Virus record (IMG/VR): IMGVR_UViG_3300033487_000032
Span: 1 to 30,645 of that record
Reading direction: 5' to 3' (one strand)
DNA length: 30,645 nucleotides
DNA from: a virus
Lineage: Duplodnaviria > Caudoviricetes
A program made the position numbers and the translations under genes. The notes under the pieces are model-generated. The model saw nothing but the letters and a program-made list of their open reading frames with translations, ran no database searches and was not told the DNA's origin. Shown piece by piece: positions 17,501 through 25,878 of the stretch. Each line of letters starts with the position of its first letter. Within the stretch, counting starts at the first letter, position 1.

Positions 17501-20500
17501 TTAGCTATCCGCAGCTCATCAAGAAATGCGCTGACTCCTTCCACACGGGCAGAAGTTTTGAGGTCGGCGTTTCGTCTAATTGAAGCAGCTTCAACCTCAG
17601 AAGAGGTTTGTATGAGTGCGGTATTTCTTGTTATGGCCGCTGCTTCTTGTGAATGTGCCGACATCGCTGCAGCCGAAGCACTTCGGATAGCAGTTGGATC
17701 AGCACTCGGCGGTGGCTTTACAGCAGCCACCGCTTTCATCTCATCAATGATTGATCGCAGTTTCTCTACATGAGTTGCGCGATTCAGTTCTGCGTTCTTC
17801 TTTGCCGCATCTGCTTCTGTTGCCTGTGATGCTAGAATGGCAGAATTAACCTGACGCACCATATTTATTTCACTGGCGCGTTCTCTATTCACATCCATTA
17901 AAGCACGAATCTCATCCTGCGTTGCCGCTTCCGCCGTCGCAGCAGTTGATTGCGTAACGATGGCTTTTCTGTTTGCTAAAGCAAGCTCATCTGCGTATGC
18001 GGACGTTGTTGTCGCGACATTTGCTTTCAGCGCTGCTGCTTCATCCGCTCGAGCTTTTGTTAACGCTTCACTCGTCCTTACATGAGACGCAACCGCGACC
18101 GCCTCAGAAGCATATGCGGCAGTCTTTACATCAGCGGTGCGAAGTGCGGCAGCAGTTTCCTCTCTTTGTGCGGCAAGCGCGGCTTGTGTATTCTGTATAA
18201 GCTGTGCGTGATTTCTTTTCCAGATCGGATCAAGAGAAGCAACAGATACAATAACAGAAGCGGCGCGAGTTTTCACGCCATCAATCCAAGCCTGTACTGC
18301 GGAACGTGAATTCTGAAGCTCTGCAGTTTGTGCTTGGTGAGAGGACATTCGCGCAGCTGAATCCCACGCCACGGCATCTTTATTCTGTTTGTTGAGCGCA
18401 GCCCACGCACCCGCACTATCTTGAACAGCGTTGGTGAAAGCCTGAACATGCGATGGCATCATCTGCAGCGTAGCATCAGTTTGCTTTACCAAATCGAGGT
18501 TGGTTTGGAGCGGACCTGTGCTCTCTTTATGCGCAGCTGCCACATCTCTTGCTGCATACCCTACATTCTTCTCAGCAGCAATCCTATCTGATATCTGCTG
18601 TCTGCCTTCTTCATACGCCGCCACGCCACGCTTAATCGCCTCAGTATCTCTATTGTACTGCTCTTCAAGTGCGGCGGCCTCGCCCTGCGTCATCCTAATG
18701 ATTTCCAGCGAGGCATCTTCAATCTTCCTTCTCGACTCCGCGATCATCTCCAAAATGCTCTGCTGCCGCATGAGATCGAGCATTTTCCTGCGCGCTTCTG
18801 TCTGTCCCTGCAGCTTCTCCATGATCGACTCTTCGCGACGAGCGATCTGCAACCCTAACCTATCATACTCATTAGTACCCGCGATCAACTCTCTGATAGC
18901 GTAGGTAGCTTCTCGGATCGGACCTCTTTCTGTCTTTCTTGCGAGTGCCCGCTTCTCCGCTGCCTCCAGCTCCTTATTGAGTGCGAGGAGTGTTTTTACC
19001 TCTTCTCCTACCGCGCCGTACTTTATCTGAATTTCCTCAGCAGCTTCCGCGCGCTTTATTTCTATCTTGAGAACTTCATTCTCATCTGCATTGACAAGAG
19101 CAATCTCACGTTGAAGTTTCGCGATAGCTTTCAGAGCCTGCTCTGATTCCTCCGTAGATCGTTTGTTGAAATTGATGGACTCTGCGGGTGCGGAGAGTGC
19201 CTTCTTGATGTCGAGAGCAATCTGCGCAGCGGACTTCTGCACGTTCGCCAGATTCTTCTCGTAAAGATTCTCGAAGCCAAGGTATATAGTTTCCTTCAAA
19301 GCATCAGCTTCGGCCAGCTTCTTAACACCAGCGTCCCAATCAAGCGACACGAAATCTCTTAACGCACCAATCCACTTAACCAGAGCTTCAACTCTAACGC
19401 CCAGCCATTCAATGATACTACCAAAATAAGTCATCCCCTTCGCTGAACCTATCAAGAGTTCAGTGAACGCGTCTACTGCATTTTGCGTTCCAGTGAAGCC
19501 TTGAACAAGCATAATAATCGTTCTTAGAACTTGTTCAATCGCTGCACTGAGCATAGAGAAAGCACCCAACAACTTCTTGGATTGCATACTCATCTGCTCT
19601 GGGGTATTTAGCAGTTCCTTTAGTGTGTCGGCAAGCGCATCCCTAATGCTACGAAACACTTCAAGGATAGGCTTGAGACCACCTTGGCGCATAGCCAGCA
19701 TATTCAGAATCTCCACCGAACCTTTGATGGAGTTGAACGCGCCAGTTACTGTCTCACCTAACTTTTCTCCTGCCTGTTCCAGTGGGCCAATCATTGCCCG
19801 CAGAGACTGTAACAGGGTACCGGCGGCTTTCTGCTTCTCGAGCCATGCGCCCAGATCTCCCACCTGTGCTTTGATGAGTCTGGCGAGGACGGAGCCTGCC
19901 CGTGCCTGCCCTTCCATCAACGATCCTATTTCTGTGGTAATCTGTTTTTCGGCCTGTTGGCCCTGAGTCAACGCGAGCGTGGCATCTACCAATATCTTGG
20001 TGACTTGTGCGGCTTCTTCCAACGACTTCACAAACTCACCACCACCCCTGGCGAGGAAAGTCTGGAAGCCCATCATCATCTGTTGCGGGGTTGCGAGTGA
20101 CTTCGCAGCTAATTGTGTGAAGGTGACGAGAAGTCTCTCTGAGGCTTTGGCCGCTACTTCAAACGAAGTAGCCATGTTAGGGCCAAAAGTCGCAAAGGTA
20201 GCGACTATGCCGGCGAGGGAGAGAATAGCGCGCTGTGTCTCATCTGCACTCGTAAGAGCGGCTTTAGCCAGCCCCACAAGTCCACGAGCTATCTGCTGTG
20301 GAAGAGTGATAAAGAGATTAAACGCAATGAGGACGCCGACCATCGACAGCAATGCTTTGCTGACAACAGTTAGAGATTGGTGCAGGTTATGAAGATTCTT
20401 AGCGGCTGCTGATGCCTTCTGCCCCAGGTTCGCAGTATTTACACCTAACTGATTGAGAACCTGAGCGGAGCCACCACCGTGCACCACTATGTTTATAACT

Positions 20501-20523
20501 ACTGTCTGGGTCGAAATAGCCAC
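14518..20523 (-). CDS. Tail tape measure protein
   Basis: 2001 aa, Ala/Glu/Gln-rich and helical, with hydrophobic segments near both ends; immediately downstream of the chaperone pair. Confidence 0.92.
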   Translation of the reverse strand: MAISTQTVVINIVVHGGGSAQVLNQLGVNTANLGQKASAAAKNLHNLHQSLTVVSKALLSMVGVLIAFNLFITLPQQIARGLVGLAKAALTSADETQRAILSLAGIVATFATFGPNMATSFEVAAKASERLLVTFTQLAAKSLATPQQMMMGFQTFLARGGGEFVKSLEEAAQVTKILVDATLALTQGQQAEKQITTEIGSLMEGQARAGSVLARLIKAQVGDLGAWLEKQKAAGTLLQSLRAMIGPLEQAGEKLGETVTGAFNSIKGSVEILNMLAMRQGGLKPILEVFRSIRDALADTLKELLNTPEQMSMQSKKLLGAFSMLSAAIEQVLRTIIMLVQGFTGTQNAVDAFTELLIGSAKGMTYFGSIIEWLGVRVEALVKWIGALRDFVSLDWDAGVKKLAEADALKETIYLGFENLYEKNLANVQKSAAQIALDIKKALSAPAESINFNKRSTEESEQALKAIAKLQREIALVNADENEVLKIEIKRAEAAEEIQIKYGAVGEEVKTLLALNKELEAAEKRALARKTERGPIREATYAIRELIAGTNEYDRLGLQIARREESIMEKLQGQTEARRKMLDLMRQQSILEMIAESRRKIEDASLEIIRMTQGEAAALEEQYNRDTEAIKRGVAAYEEGRQQISDRIAAEKNVGYAARDVAAAHKESTGPLQTNLDLVKQTDATLQMMPSHVQAFTNAVQDSAGAWAALNKQNKDAVAWDSAARMSSHQAQTAELQNSRSAVQAWIDGVKTRAASVIVSVASLDPIWKRNHAQLIQNTQAALAAQREETAAALRTADVKTAAYASEAVAVASHVRTSEALTKARADEAAALKANVATTTSAYADELALANRKAIVTQSTAATAEAATQDEIRALMDVNRERASEINMVRQVNSAILASQATEADAAKKNAELNRATHVEKLRSIIDEMKAVAAVKPPPSADPTAIRSASAAAMSAHSQEAAAITRNTALIQTSSEVEAASIRRNADLKTSARVEGVSAFLDELRIANEIRNYLAVEADETKRVADLKMMSAHAESSAIQDLMRLNASAAAQKSSQIDENRLKMMSAHDDTIRAINRELLETIAAERQKAEVRAAAPIMRVDPTVVEANDKIADAQSRQTISLRSLLDLLGQRDMMVAHTAQQIEDEFASLRTLATTKLSMYREEEDALRNTERMSSLVNRLKALQIQDNRNQMLAAHADTLKSLQTEVAATLTAERQKNEARAAAPVARAATDAVDTTTRITEAQNQQAVSLREVISLLGQRDMLSAHAPVRAEEEALAVQRTSDIRLRSYAAEAEAIRTNISLTDLMERLKEYHAKNSDALMMSAHTNTLSAINEELSATLSAEKRKAAARAAVVPFKISVEVIDANNRIAEATERQVTSMRELIGLMQTRDMMVAHAPTIAAAGYAADQKINALKLQAGQAQTQAVQETQDAMLSAHKTVMSAEQQRMAYEMSCHKQRLSNIKAEAEAAVNAQQTAAAVKPVATAVKTGMGSGESKAERQARLDLASEVAKVGPDEEEIIKKRKEANEEMLKQLRIQREINITRAEDDSAVRIEQMRAGSETLYSIELQRLRAIKDAEIEYDRMPDLIERATKVANREAEAAKTRMITDEYLRMAVALERINGQFDEVRSAEAAHFAEEQRIVDVYNEKIELMLWFLDLNDELYEKQKRLAEAEKNVRNARVAIDNYRQANAEMERALVLLEMAKKGIGSWGDAMEKIREAYKKVKDSQEDVLKWQKLIQAEIDKGATGEELKRYEDALKSLQEAAADAQRQMNDFLDAIASIVFEIPSVEQSTQRLIVALFELGDAEQTVVQLTQIAGVAIAQAIGAAVAGTESFGKALKKIMAGVVKTFGDYVLAKGLAAIAEGIFPPNPALLAKGAALIALAGVIYGISALMGGQGGRASKGATAASVEPTKPTETRTVYMEPYFQQQNQMFKRIAETMDRMNGTLSGWETRPAGVVVAEGSRTAGVAILTSVNRTLQTNTTQRQAMQQTVLGET
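16200..17334 (-). repeat. About three tandem 130-aa (390-nt) degenerate repeats in the tape measure
   Basis: Repeat-start Met codons at 17334, 16944 and 16554 (MMSAH/MLAAH/MMSAH). Each unit contains AE(R)xK...RAA and RDM(M/L)xAH. Confidence 0.85.
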
Positions 20524-20524
20524 T

Positions 20525-20887
20525 TTATCTCATCCGAGAAACACGTGAATCAAGATCCACGCTCTTCTGATTCATTCGCTGTGACTCAAACGTAGCTTTC
20601 TTGCTAACTTCTTCAGACAGGATTGTTAAGTAACAGATCTCTTCGTAACCAAGATCGAACGGAATCCTTCCAATCGCTTCCTTCACAGTGCTGAGCCATA
20701 GGATGTGGTTGGCGTATGGGAGGAGATCATAACAATCATAGAACTCAAGAACTTGTCTGAGCTGTACGTTGCTGATCTCCTCCTCCGTGTCGGCTACGAA
20801 CAAATCTTCGATCACCGGCTGAGGGTTCATCTCCGCGTATATTTCATCATCTTGATACGGAGACCTTCCCTCAGATCCGTAGATCAC
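20525..20887 (-). CDS. Tail assembly chaperone, C-terminal (gpT-like) frame, probably reached by -1 frameshift
   Basis: Lies between the chaperone and the tape measure. It is in the -1 frame of the upstream ORF and open back through the A8 tract. Confidence 0.78.
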   Translation of the reverse strand: MIYGSEGRSPYQDDEIYAEMNPQPVIEDLFVADTEEEISNVQLRQVLEFYDCYDLLPYANHILWLSTVKEAIGRIPFDLGYEEICYLTILSEEVSKKATFESQRMNQKSVDLDSRVSRMR

Positions 20888-21291
20888 TGCTCGGAAGATA
20901 GCTCTAATTTTTTTTCCTGGTCCGCCTCTTCCGAACTGAGGCTTTCCATGAGCATATCTACCGCGTTGTCAACATGGATGCGGCCGATCGGGTCCGCGAA
21001 ATAGTCCTTCCATCCTTCTCCCACTGGGAGATCGTCATATCCTTCGACTTTAAGGATGGAGTGGACCCAAAGATACCAGTTGGCTTCCGACCTGGAACCA
21101 GTCTGGATCTTCTTTCCACGGACCTTGAGCAGCCGCCGTTGCCACTCTTCCCTAACATTCGGGAGAGGGATCTTGAAGATGTGGGCCACTTCGACCTGAA
21201 CCAAACCGGTCCCATCTTCATTGGCCATGTTGACGAGCATCGGCACTCGTATTTCTTCTAGAGCTTTAGACTTCCTGAATCCACCAGCCAT
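20884..21291 (-). CDS. Tail assembly chaperone (gpG-like)
   Basis: 135 aa after the major tail genes, with a strong RBS (AAAAGGAG) and a slippery site at the 3' end (EKKL). Confidence 0.8.
   Translation of the reverse strand: MAGGFRKSKALEEIRVPMLVNMANEDGTGLVQVEVAHIFKIPLPNVREEWQRRLLKVRGKKIQTGSRSEANWYLWVHSILKVEGYDDLPVGEGWKDYFADPIGRIHVDNAVDMLMESLSSEEADQEKKLELSSEQ
20908..20916 (-). other. Programmed -1 ribosomal frameshift site (GAA AAA AAA; heptamer A-AAA-AAA)
   Basis: A8 run near the end of the chaperone gene. The -1 frame reads IRAIFRAVIYGSEGR and joins ORF 20525..20887. Confidence 0.82.
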
Positions 21292-21314
21292 TTTATTCTC
21301 CTTTTGTTACTACT

Positions 21315-21339
21315 TCTTTGGAAATACGCTTATCGTACT
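21315..21339 (-). promoter_or_regulatory. 25-bp intergenic element, copy 2
   Basis: Identical to 8969..8993; lies between the major tail gene stop and the chaperone RBS. Confidence 0.6.
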
Positions 21340-21343
21340 TACC

Positions 21344-22345
21344 TTAGAGTAGGTACGCAGCGGTGTGATTGTAAACCACAACCGTCACCGGCGTGGCGTC
21401 TGTGGTGTCGTAAAAGACCTTGTAGGTGATTTCGAGAAGATCTCGAATACCGTCGAAGGACTGCTTCGCGGATGCGACCTTCACAACCGGGAAGTTGTAA
21501 GTGATCTTGCTGTTCGTGTCGATCGTCAGCTCAAGATCAACTTCCTGGACGGTCTCACCAAGCATCGCGTTCCAGAACTCATCTCCCTGATGGCCTTCGA
21601 CCCTCACCACCAAGTTGTATGCGCGAGAGCCAAACCTCAGCGAGGACAAATACCTCCCCGAGTTTACCACGTCGGCGCGGCCGTCCGCGACATCCAAATT
21701 GTTGTTGATGGTGAAATCCAGGCCTCTCAGTTTCGCCTTCTTCGACACGCCGCCGATCTTGAAATCACCCATGCCACCAGTGACCCACTCTGCGTGAGCG
21801 GACGATGTGGGGAAGGAGAAAGAAGGCTTGGCGGTGAGCGTGCCGTCTGAAAGCGCAGTACCTGTGAGGTTGAGCCTCCCGGCGGAATCAAGCGTGATCT
21901 TCAATTCATTGATGACCACGCCCTTGACCAGCATGTACGATGCTGTGTCACCAGTCAACCCCAACACCCACGATGTTGACGGAAGGGTGTCAGTGGTGCA
22001 GGCCTGAAGAGCCTTACAGGTGTGCGTGTAGTTCGATGGCGCACCGCCGGCTGTGTATCCGCCCATTGAGAGCGCATACATCAATCCTGCAAGCGTCAAA
22101 GAGCAGGGGAAAGAAAAGGGGATCGAGATGTCTTGAGCTGTGACAATGTCCAGCGACGTGTCCTGAGGCCACTCATGCCCCTTAATCACAGCAGAATCGT
22201 CGATCCGCGTTTGTGTCAGATCAAGGATCACGGGTTCGTTTGGCTCAAACAGCTTGTTGATGTTGGCATCAAGAACCTGCGTACCAAACGCGGTCTCCTT
22301 GTAATAACTCAGCGCGAGTTTCGCGCATTGTGGTCTAATAGGCAT
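21344..22345 (-). CDS. Major tail (tube) protein, paralog B
   Basis: 333 aa just before the chaperones, with tube-like motifs KETAFG, GVVINELKITL, FTINNNL and PVTVVVYN. Confidence 0.82.
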   Translation of the reverse strand: MPIRPQCAKLALSYYKETAFGTQVLDANINKLFEPNEPVILDLTQTRIDDSAVIKGHEWPQDTSLDIVTAQDISIPFSFPCSLTLAGLMYALSMGGYTAGGAPSNYTHTCKALQACTTDTLPSTSWVLGLTGDTASYMLVKGVVINELKITLDSAGRLNLTGTALSDGTLTAKPSFSFPTSSAHAEWVTGGMGDFKIGGVSKKAKLRGLDFTINNNLDVADGRADVVNSGRYLSSLRFGSRAYNLVVRVEGHQGDEFWNAMLGETVQEVDLELTIDTNSKITYNFPVVKVASAKQSFDGIRDLLEITYKVFYDTTDATPVTVVVYNHTAAYLL

Positions 22346-22382
22346 TGTCTAGCTCCTATTGAAGGTTATAAAACCCCGAAAG

Positions 22383-23429
22383 TTACACCTCGTCCAACAA
22401 GTACTCCGCCACGTCATTCGTCACAACGATTGTGACCGGCGTGGATGTTTCGGTATCGTAAAAGGGCTTGAAGGTGACTTCTAGCACGTCACGAATCCCG
22501 TCGAAACTCTGCTTTGCAGACGCGACCTTCATGTGAGGGAAGGTCATGACGATTCCACAGCCCATATTTGTGCCGGATGGAACCACAACCGAAACCACGA
22601 CTGCCAGAACTGTTTCATTCATCATGTAGTTCCAGCGAGCGTCACCCTGGTGGCCCTCAAACCTTACCACCAAGTTGTAGGCACGATTCCCAAACCTCAG
22701 TGAATCGAGAAACACACCTGCATTGACCACATTCGAGCGACCATCTGCCACGTCGAGGTTGTTGTTGATGGTGAAATCGAATCCCCTCAACACAGTCTTG
22801 ACTGAATTAGGACCGCCACCTGAGTCGATGGTCATGTCGCCCATCGCGCCTGTCACCCAGATTGAATGTGCGGAGGGTCCGGCTGGCCACACATATGTGT
22901 CTGGGTCTGCGACAGGAAGCACTTCACCGTCAGAAAAAGCTGTTCCTGTGAGATTGAGGCGGCTGGCGGTGTCGAGCGTGAGTTTAAGCTCATTGATCAT
23001 CACGCCCTTCGCCACCATCACCGAATCATGATCGCTCAACAGCCCCATGATCCAAGTTGTTGATGGAAGGAGGTCGTTGGTGCAGACGACCTGCGCCTTA
23101 CAGGTGTGATCGTAGAAGCTTCCATTTACAGCATGGGCATAATCGCCCATCGCGAGAGCGTAAAGCAGACCTGCGAGAGAAAGAGAGCAGGGGAAAGAAA
23201 AAGGCATGGAAACGTCTTGTGCCGAGACGATATCTAAGCCTGTGTCCTGCGCCCACTCATGCCCTTTGATTCCGGCGGCGTCATCTACCCGCGTCTGAGC
23301 AAGGTCGATGATCACTGGCTCGTTCGGCTCAAACAACTTGTCGATGTTTTCTTCCTCAAGGGCTACACCATAGGTGCCCTCTTTGTAGTAAGACATCGCA
23401 AGTTTGGTACATTGCGGTCTAGTTGCCAT
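22383..23429 (-). CDS. Major tail (tube) protein, paralog A
   Basis: 348 aa, colinear with paralog B over its full length (KLFEPNEPVI, IKGHEW, FTINNNLDVADGR, KVASAKQSFDGIRD). Confidence 0.82.
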   Translation of the reverse strand: MATRPQCTKLAMSYYKEGTYGVALEEENIDKLFEPNEPVIIDLAQTRVDDAAGIKGHEWAQDTGLDIVSAQDVSMPFSFPCSLSLAGLLYALAMGDYAHAVNGSFYDHTCKAQVVCTNDLLPSTTWIMGLLSDHDSVMVAKGVMINELKLTLDTASRLNLTGTAFSDGEVLPVADPDTYVWPAGPSAHSIWVTGAMGDMTIDSGGGPNSVKTVLRGFDFTINNNLDVADGRSNVVNAGVFLDSLRFGNRAYNLVVRFEGHQGDARWNYMMNETVLAVVVSVVVPSGTNMGCGIVMTFPHMKVASAKQSFDGIRDVLEVTFKPFYDTETSTPVTIVVTNDVAEYLLDEV

Positions 23430-23490
23430 CTTCTACTCCTATTTGCCGTTTAACTTCTTCTAGGATTCGCCGAACCCTATCGGAAGGGCA

Positions 23491-23709
23491 TCAGTTAGGT
23501 TTTATTGGACCACCTGTGGCAACCACAGGTAGCACCTTGTGCCCGTTTGTGCTACCAAACACAACCTCAAACCCATCGCACCCCAGGATGTTCGTGAGGT
23601 CATTATAAGAGACCTCAAAGTGCGTATAATCAAGGGGAAATCGCCAAGAATGCCGTCCTATACTAAGCCCCGACACAAACGTATGTGCGGTGCGTTTTAT
23701 CAAGATCAT
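23491..23709 (-). CDS. Hypothetical protein
   Basis: 72 aa with an ATGA overlap with the upstream gene; fills the operon gap. Confidence 0.55.
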   Translation of the reverse strand: MILIKRTAHTFVSGLSIGRHSWRFPLDYTHFEVSYNDLTNILGCDGFEVVFGSTNGHKVLPVVATGGPIKPN

Positions 23710-24260
23710 ATAACAGTAGCGACATTTCCCTGTCGCGCAGCGGCCATTTGTATTCTTGCGGTTAAAGAAATAGCAACAGCTTGTGCTAAAGGCCGACTAA
23801 GCGTGTCTAGATGGGCTTTCGTGAACACCTGTTCCGCTGCTTGGCTGAAATAGCCTTTTCTGGTAATTGTTTGTCCAGACTTTCTTGAATATGCCCACCT
23901 TCTACGCATATACGACCCATCTTTGAAATAGAAGGTGAAACGGCCTCCAGTCGAAGGGAAATTCCTTGCATCGTAGCCGCCCGGAGGAACTGTGAAGGTG
24001 TAATCAAAGGCCCACTGTTCGATGTACGGATGAGGCGGCTCTCCTCCAACTTGATAGATGGCGACGTGAGCGGACTCCTTATTAGGAAAAGCATAAGGTA
24101 CAATGGTCACATCCACTGTGGGCGGCGTTTTGCCACAATTACTCTTCGCCTTTGTCGCCAACTGATCGACAGTATCCTTCAACCATGCACTTATGATTGG
24201 AGGAAACATACGGTCGGTAGCTACAACCGACCACTGAAACAGATTTTCTAAAAAGGCCAC
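23706..24260 (-). CDS. Putative neck/tail completion protein (HK97 gp10-like position)
   Basis: 184 aa, basic, with a GTG start overlapping the upstream TAG. The call rests on synteny and weak motifs (PYIEQ, YFSQA). Confidence 0.5.
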   Translation of the reverse strand: MAFLENLFQWSVVATDRMFPPIISAWLKDTVDQLATKAKSNCGKTPPTVDVTIVPYAFPNKESAHVAIYQVGGEPPHPYIEQWAFDYTFTVPPGGYDARNFPSTGGRFTFYFKDGSYMRRRWAYSRKSGQTITRKGYFSQAAEQVFTKAHLDTLSRPLAQAVAISLTARIQMAAARQGNVATVI

Positions 24261-24721
24261 TATTCAACCCACTGTACGGTCAATGGCACGTTCATGTAAG
24301 CCAAAGGTTCTTCCAACTCTGCGTGTTCTACTGTCACTGGACCAATTTGGATGATGGAGAAAGTGCAAGCGACCATATCAAGAAAACCTTGCGAGGTTAA
24401 TTTGGTCATGATCGCTTGTACGCACTCCTCAGCCGCTTCTGCGAGGGGGCTCAAGTTATCTTCCTCTATGACAATACGTGATCCGCCATCAACGTAGCCA
24501 AAGAGGTTAATCATCATGGTCCTATCCATTGTGAGGCCCATGATTCCCACAACAACAGTCTCTGGCGCAGGTGTTACCGAAAATATCGGATAATATGCCT
24601 CTTTTGTAGGATCGAAGAGCGTGTCGGTGGTGTGAATGGCCCGTGGTTCTCCTCCCACCGCAACTTCCAGACCATCAATCGCGTTTTTGATGGTCAGTAA
24701 GATATCTCGCCTTCGACCCAT
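24260..24721 (-). CDS. Putative tail terminator/completion protein
   Basis: 153 aa, acidic, with an N-terminal RRDILLTIKNAI helix, YPIFSV strand and terminal VPLTVQW strand; located in the neck region. Confidence 0.55.
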   Translation of the reverse strand: MGRRRDILLTIKNAIDGLEVAVGGEPRAIHTTDTLFDPTKEAYYPIFSVTPAPETVVVGIMGLTMDRTMMINLFGYVDGGSRIVIEEDNLSPLAEAAEECVQAIMTKLTSQGFLDMVACTFSIIQIGPVTVEHAELEEPLAYMNVPLTVQWVE

Positions 24722-24724
24722 GAA

Positions 24725-25162
24725 CTATTCACCAGAGTTCGAGTTTTCGCTCGAATCGTCCTCAGTTTGCGGATTTTTATGTATTCCGCGATAGAAAAAT
24801 GGCTGAGGAATGTCGGTATCCAGAGTATTCGCGTCCTTATCCGCTTGAGAAACAGAAGGCATCACAAATGACCCCGCTTTAACAGCAGATGCCCTTAACC
24901 GCTTCGCGATCTCTAAATACTTCGCTGTGACGGTTAATTTGTTCGCCTGAACTGCCCCCGCACGAAAACCTTCGGAGCGAGCAAAGCGAGCGGCGAGCGA
25001 TTCACAAATTCTCGCCGCTGCCCCTCGCACCGTACCTTCCACGGATAGAGCGTAAAGAATGTCCTCATCTTCAACAAGATGGTCCCGATCGAGAGTATCT
25101 CCGACCTCGAATCGGACAGCATCTTGATCCCGTTCACCTGGGTTTATGTATGAGAATGTCAT
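24725..25162 (-). CDS. Head-tail adaptor/connector protein
   Basis: 145 aa. The MTFSY...DAVRFEVGDT...LVEDEDI...AAARICESLAARFAR pattern is typical of adaptors encoded after the capsid gene. Confidence 0.75.
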   Translation of the reverse strand: MTFSYINPGERDQDAVRFEVGDTLDRDHLVEDEDILYALSVEGTVRGAAARICESLAARFARSEGFRAGAVQANKLTVTAKYLEIAKRLRASAVKAGSFVMPSVSQADKDANTLDTDIPQPFFYRGIHKNPQTEDDSSENSNSGE

Positions 25163-25530
25163 TCAACTAGCTCCAGGTTTTCCTCAAGCCGGCCAGCATC
25201 GTGAAGGGACATCAATAACCGTGCGCGGCTTGCTTCTGCCCCGTCATGATGCTGTTGTGCACGTTGATACAATCCGATAAGGAGTCGTTGTAGGATTCTC
25301 CTACGATCACCAGCCACAATCAAGCAGATCCGATTGTACTCCATATCCGTAAAATACCCCTTCGTGTTAATCTTACGAAAGAGTTTAAGATAACGGATAG
25401 CTGCAGGAATCAAAGGAGCTTCCGGTGGTGCTGGCTCAGGCTTTGGCTCGGGTGCTGGATAAACAACCACAGGCACAAACTCCCCTACTGGTTCGGAAGA
25501 AATGACAGTTGACCTAGCTCTTCGGCCCAT
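25159..25530 (-). CDS. Hypothetical protein with Pro-rich linker
   Basis: 123 aa, translationally coupled to both neighbours. Confidence 0.6.
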   Translation of the reverse strand: MGRRARSTVISSEPVGEFVPVVVYPAPEPKPEPAPPEAPLIPAAIRYLKLFRKINTKGYFTDMEYNRICLIVAGDRRRILQRLLIGLYQRAQQHHDGAEASRARLLMSLHDAGRLEENLELVE

Positions 25531-25531
25531 G

Positions 25532-25846
25532 TCAATCCTCCACCTTCATTTTCTTCGGGTCTACACCAGCAAGCATAGCCGTTTCCTCTACCGTGATGTC
25601 GGGAGATGGGGCCATGCACCCGCCCTTTTTCTTCTTATGCACGAGCAAGAAGGCTTCACTAGCGAATGCTCTCGGACACATATCGCACTTCGTGCGTTTG
25701 TGTTCGTTTGGATCAAAAACCAGGAAATACCCTAGTCCGCGGAGTTGGTCGTCCCGAGGTGTACTTCTCAGTTCGACCAACTCTCCGCGTTCTAGCTCAC
25801 GACCCGCGTACAGAAAAGGTACGCGAGCAAACATTGTCTCTGCCAT
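25532..25846 (-). CDS. Small protein with zinc-finger-like motif
   Basis: 104 aa with CDMCPRAFASEAFLLVHKKKKGGC and a strong RBS (AAAAGGAG). Confidence 0.7.
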   Translation of the reverse strand: MAETMFARVPFLYAGRELERGELVELRSTPRDDQLRGLGYFLVFDPNEHKRTKCDMCPRAFASEAFLLVHKKKKGGCMAPSPDITVEETAMLAGVDPKKMKVED

Positions 25847-25878
25847 GTTATTCTCCTTTTACTCAGTTACAGATCGGC

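Noticed and set aside
21344-23429. Contractile sheath plus tube pair
   Set aside because: The two genes are paralogs of each other, and there are no sheath motifs or baseplate wedge genes.
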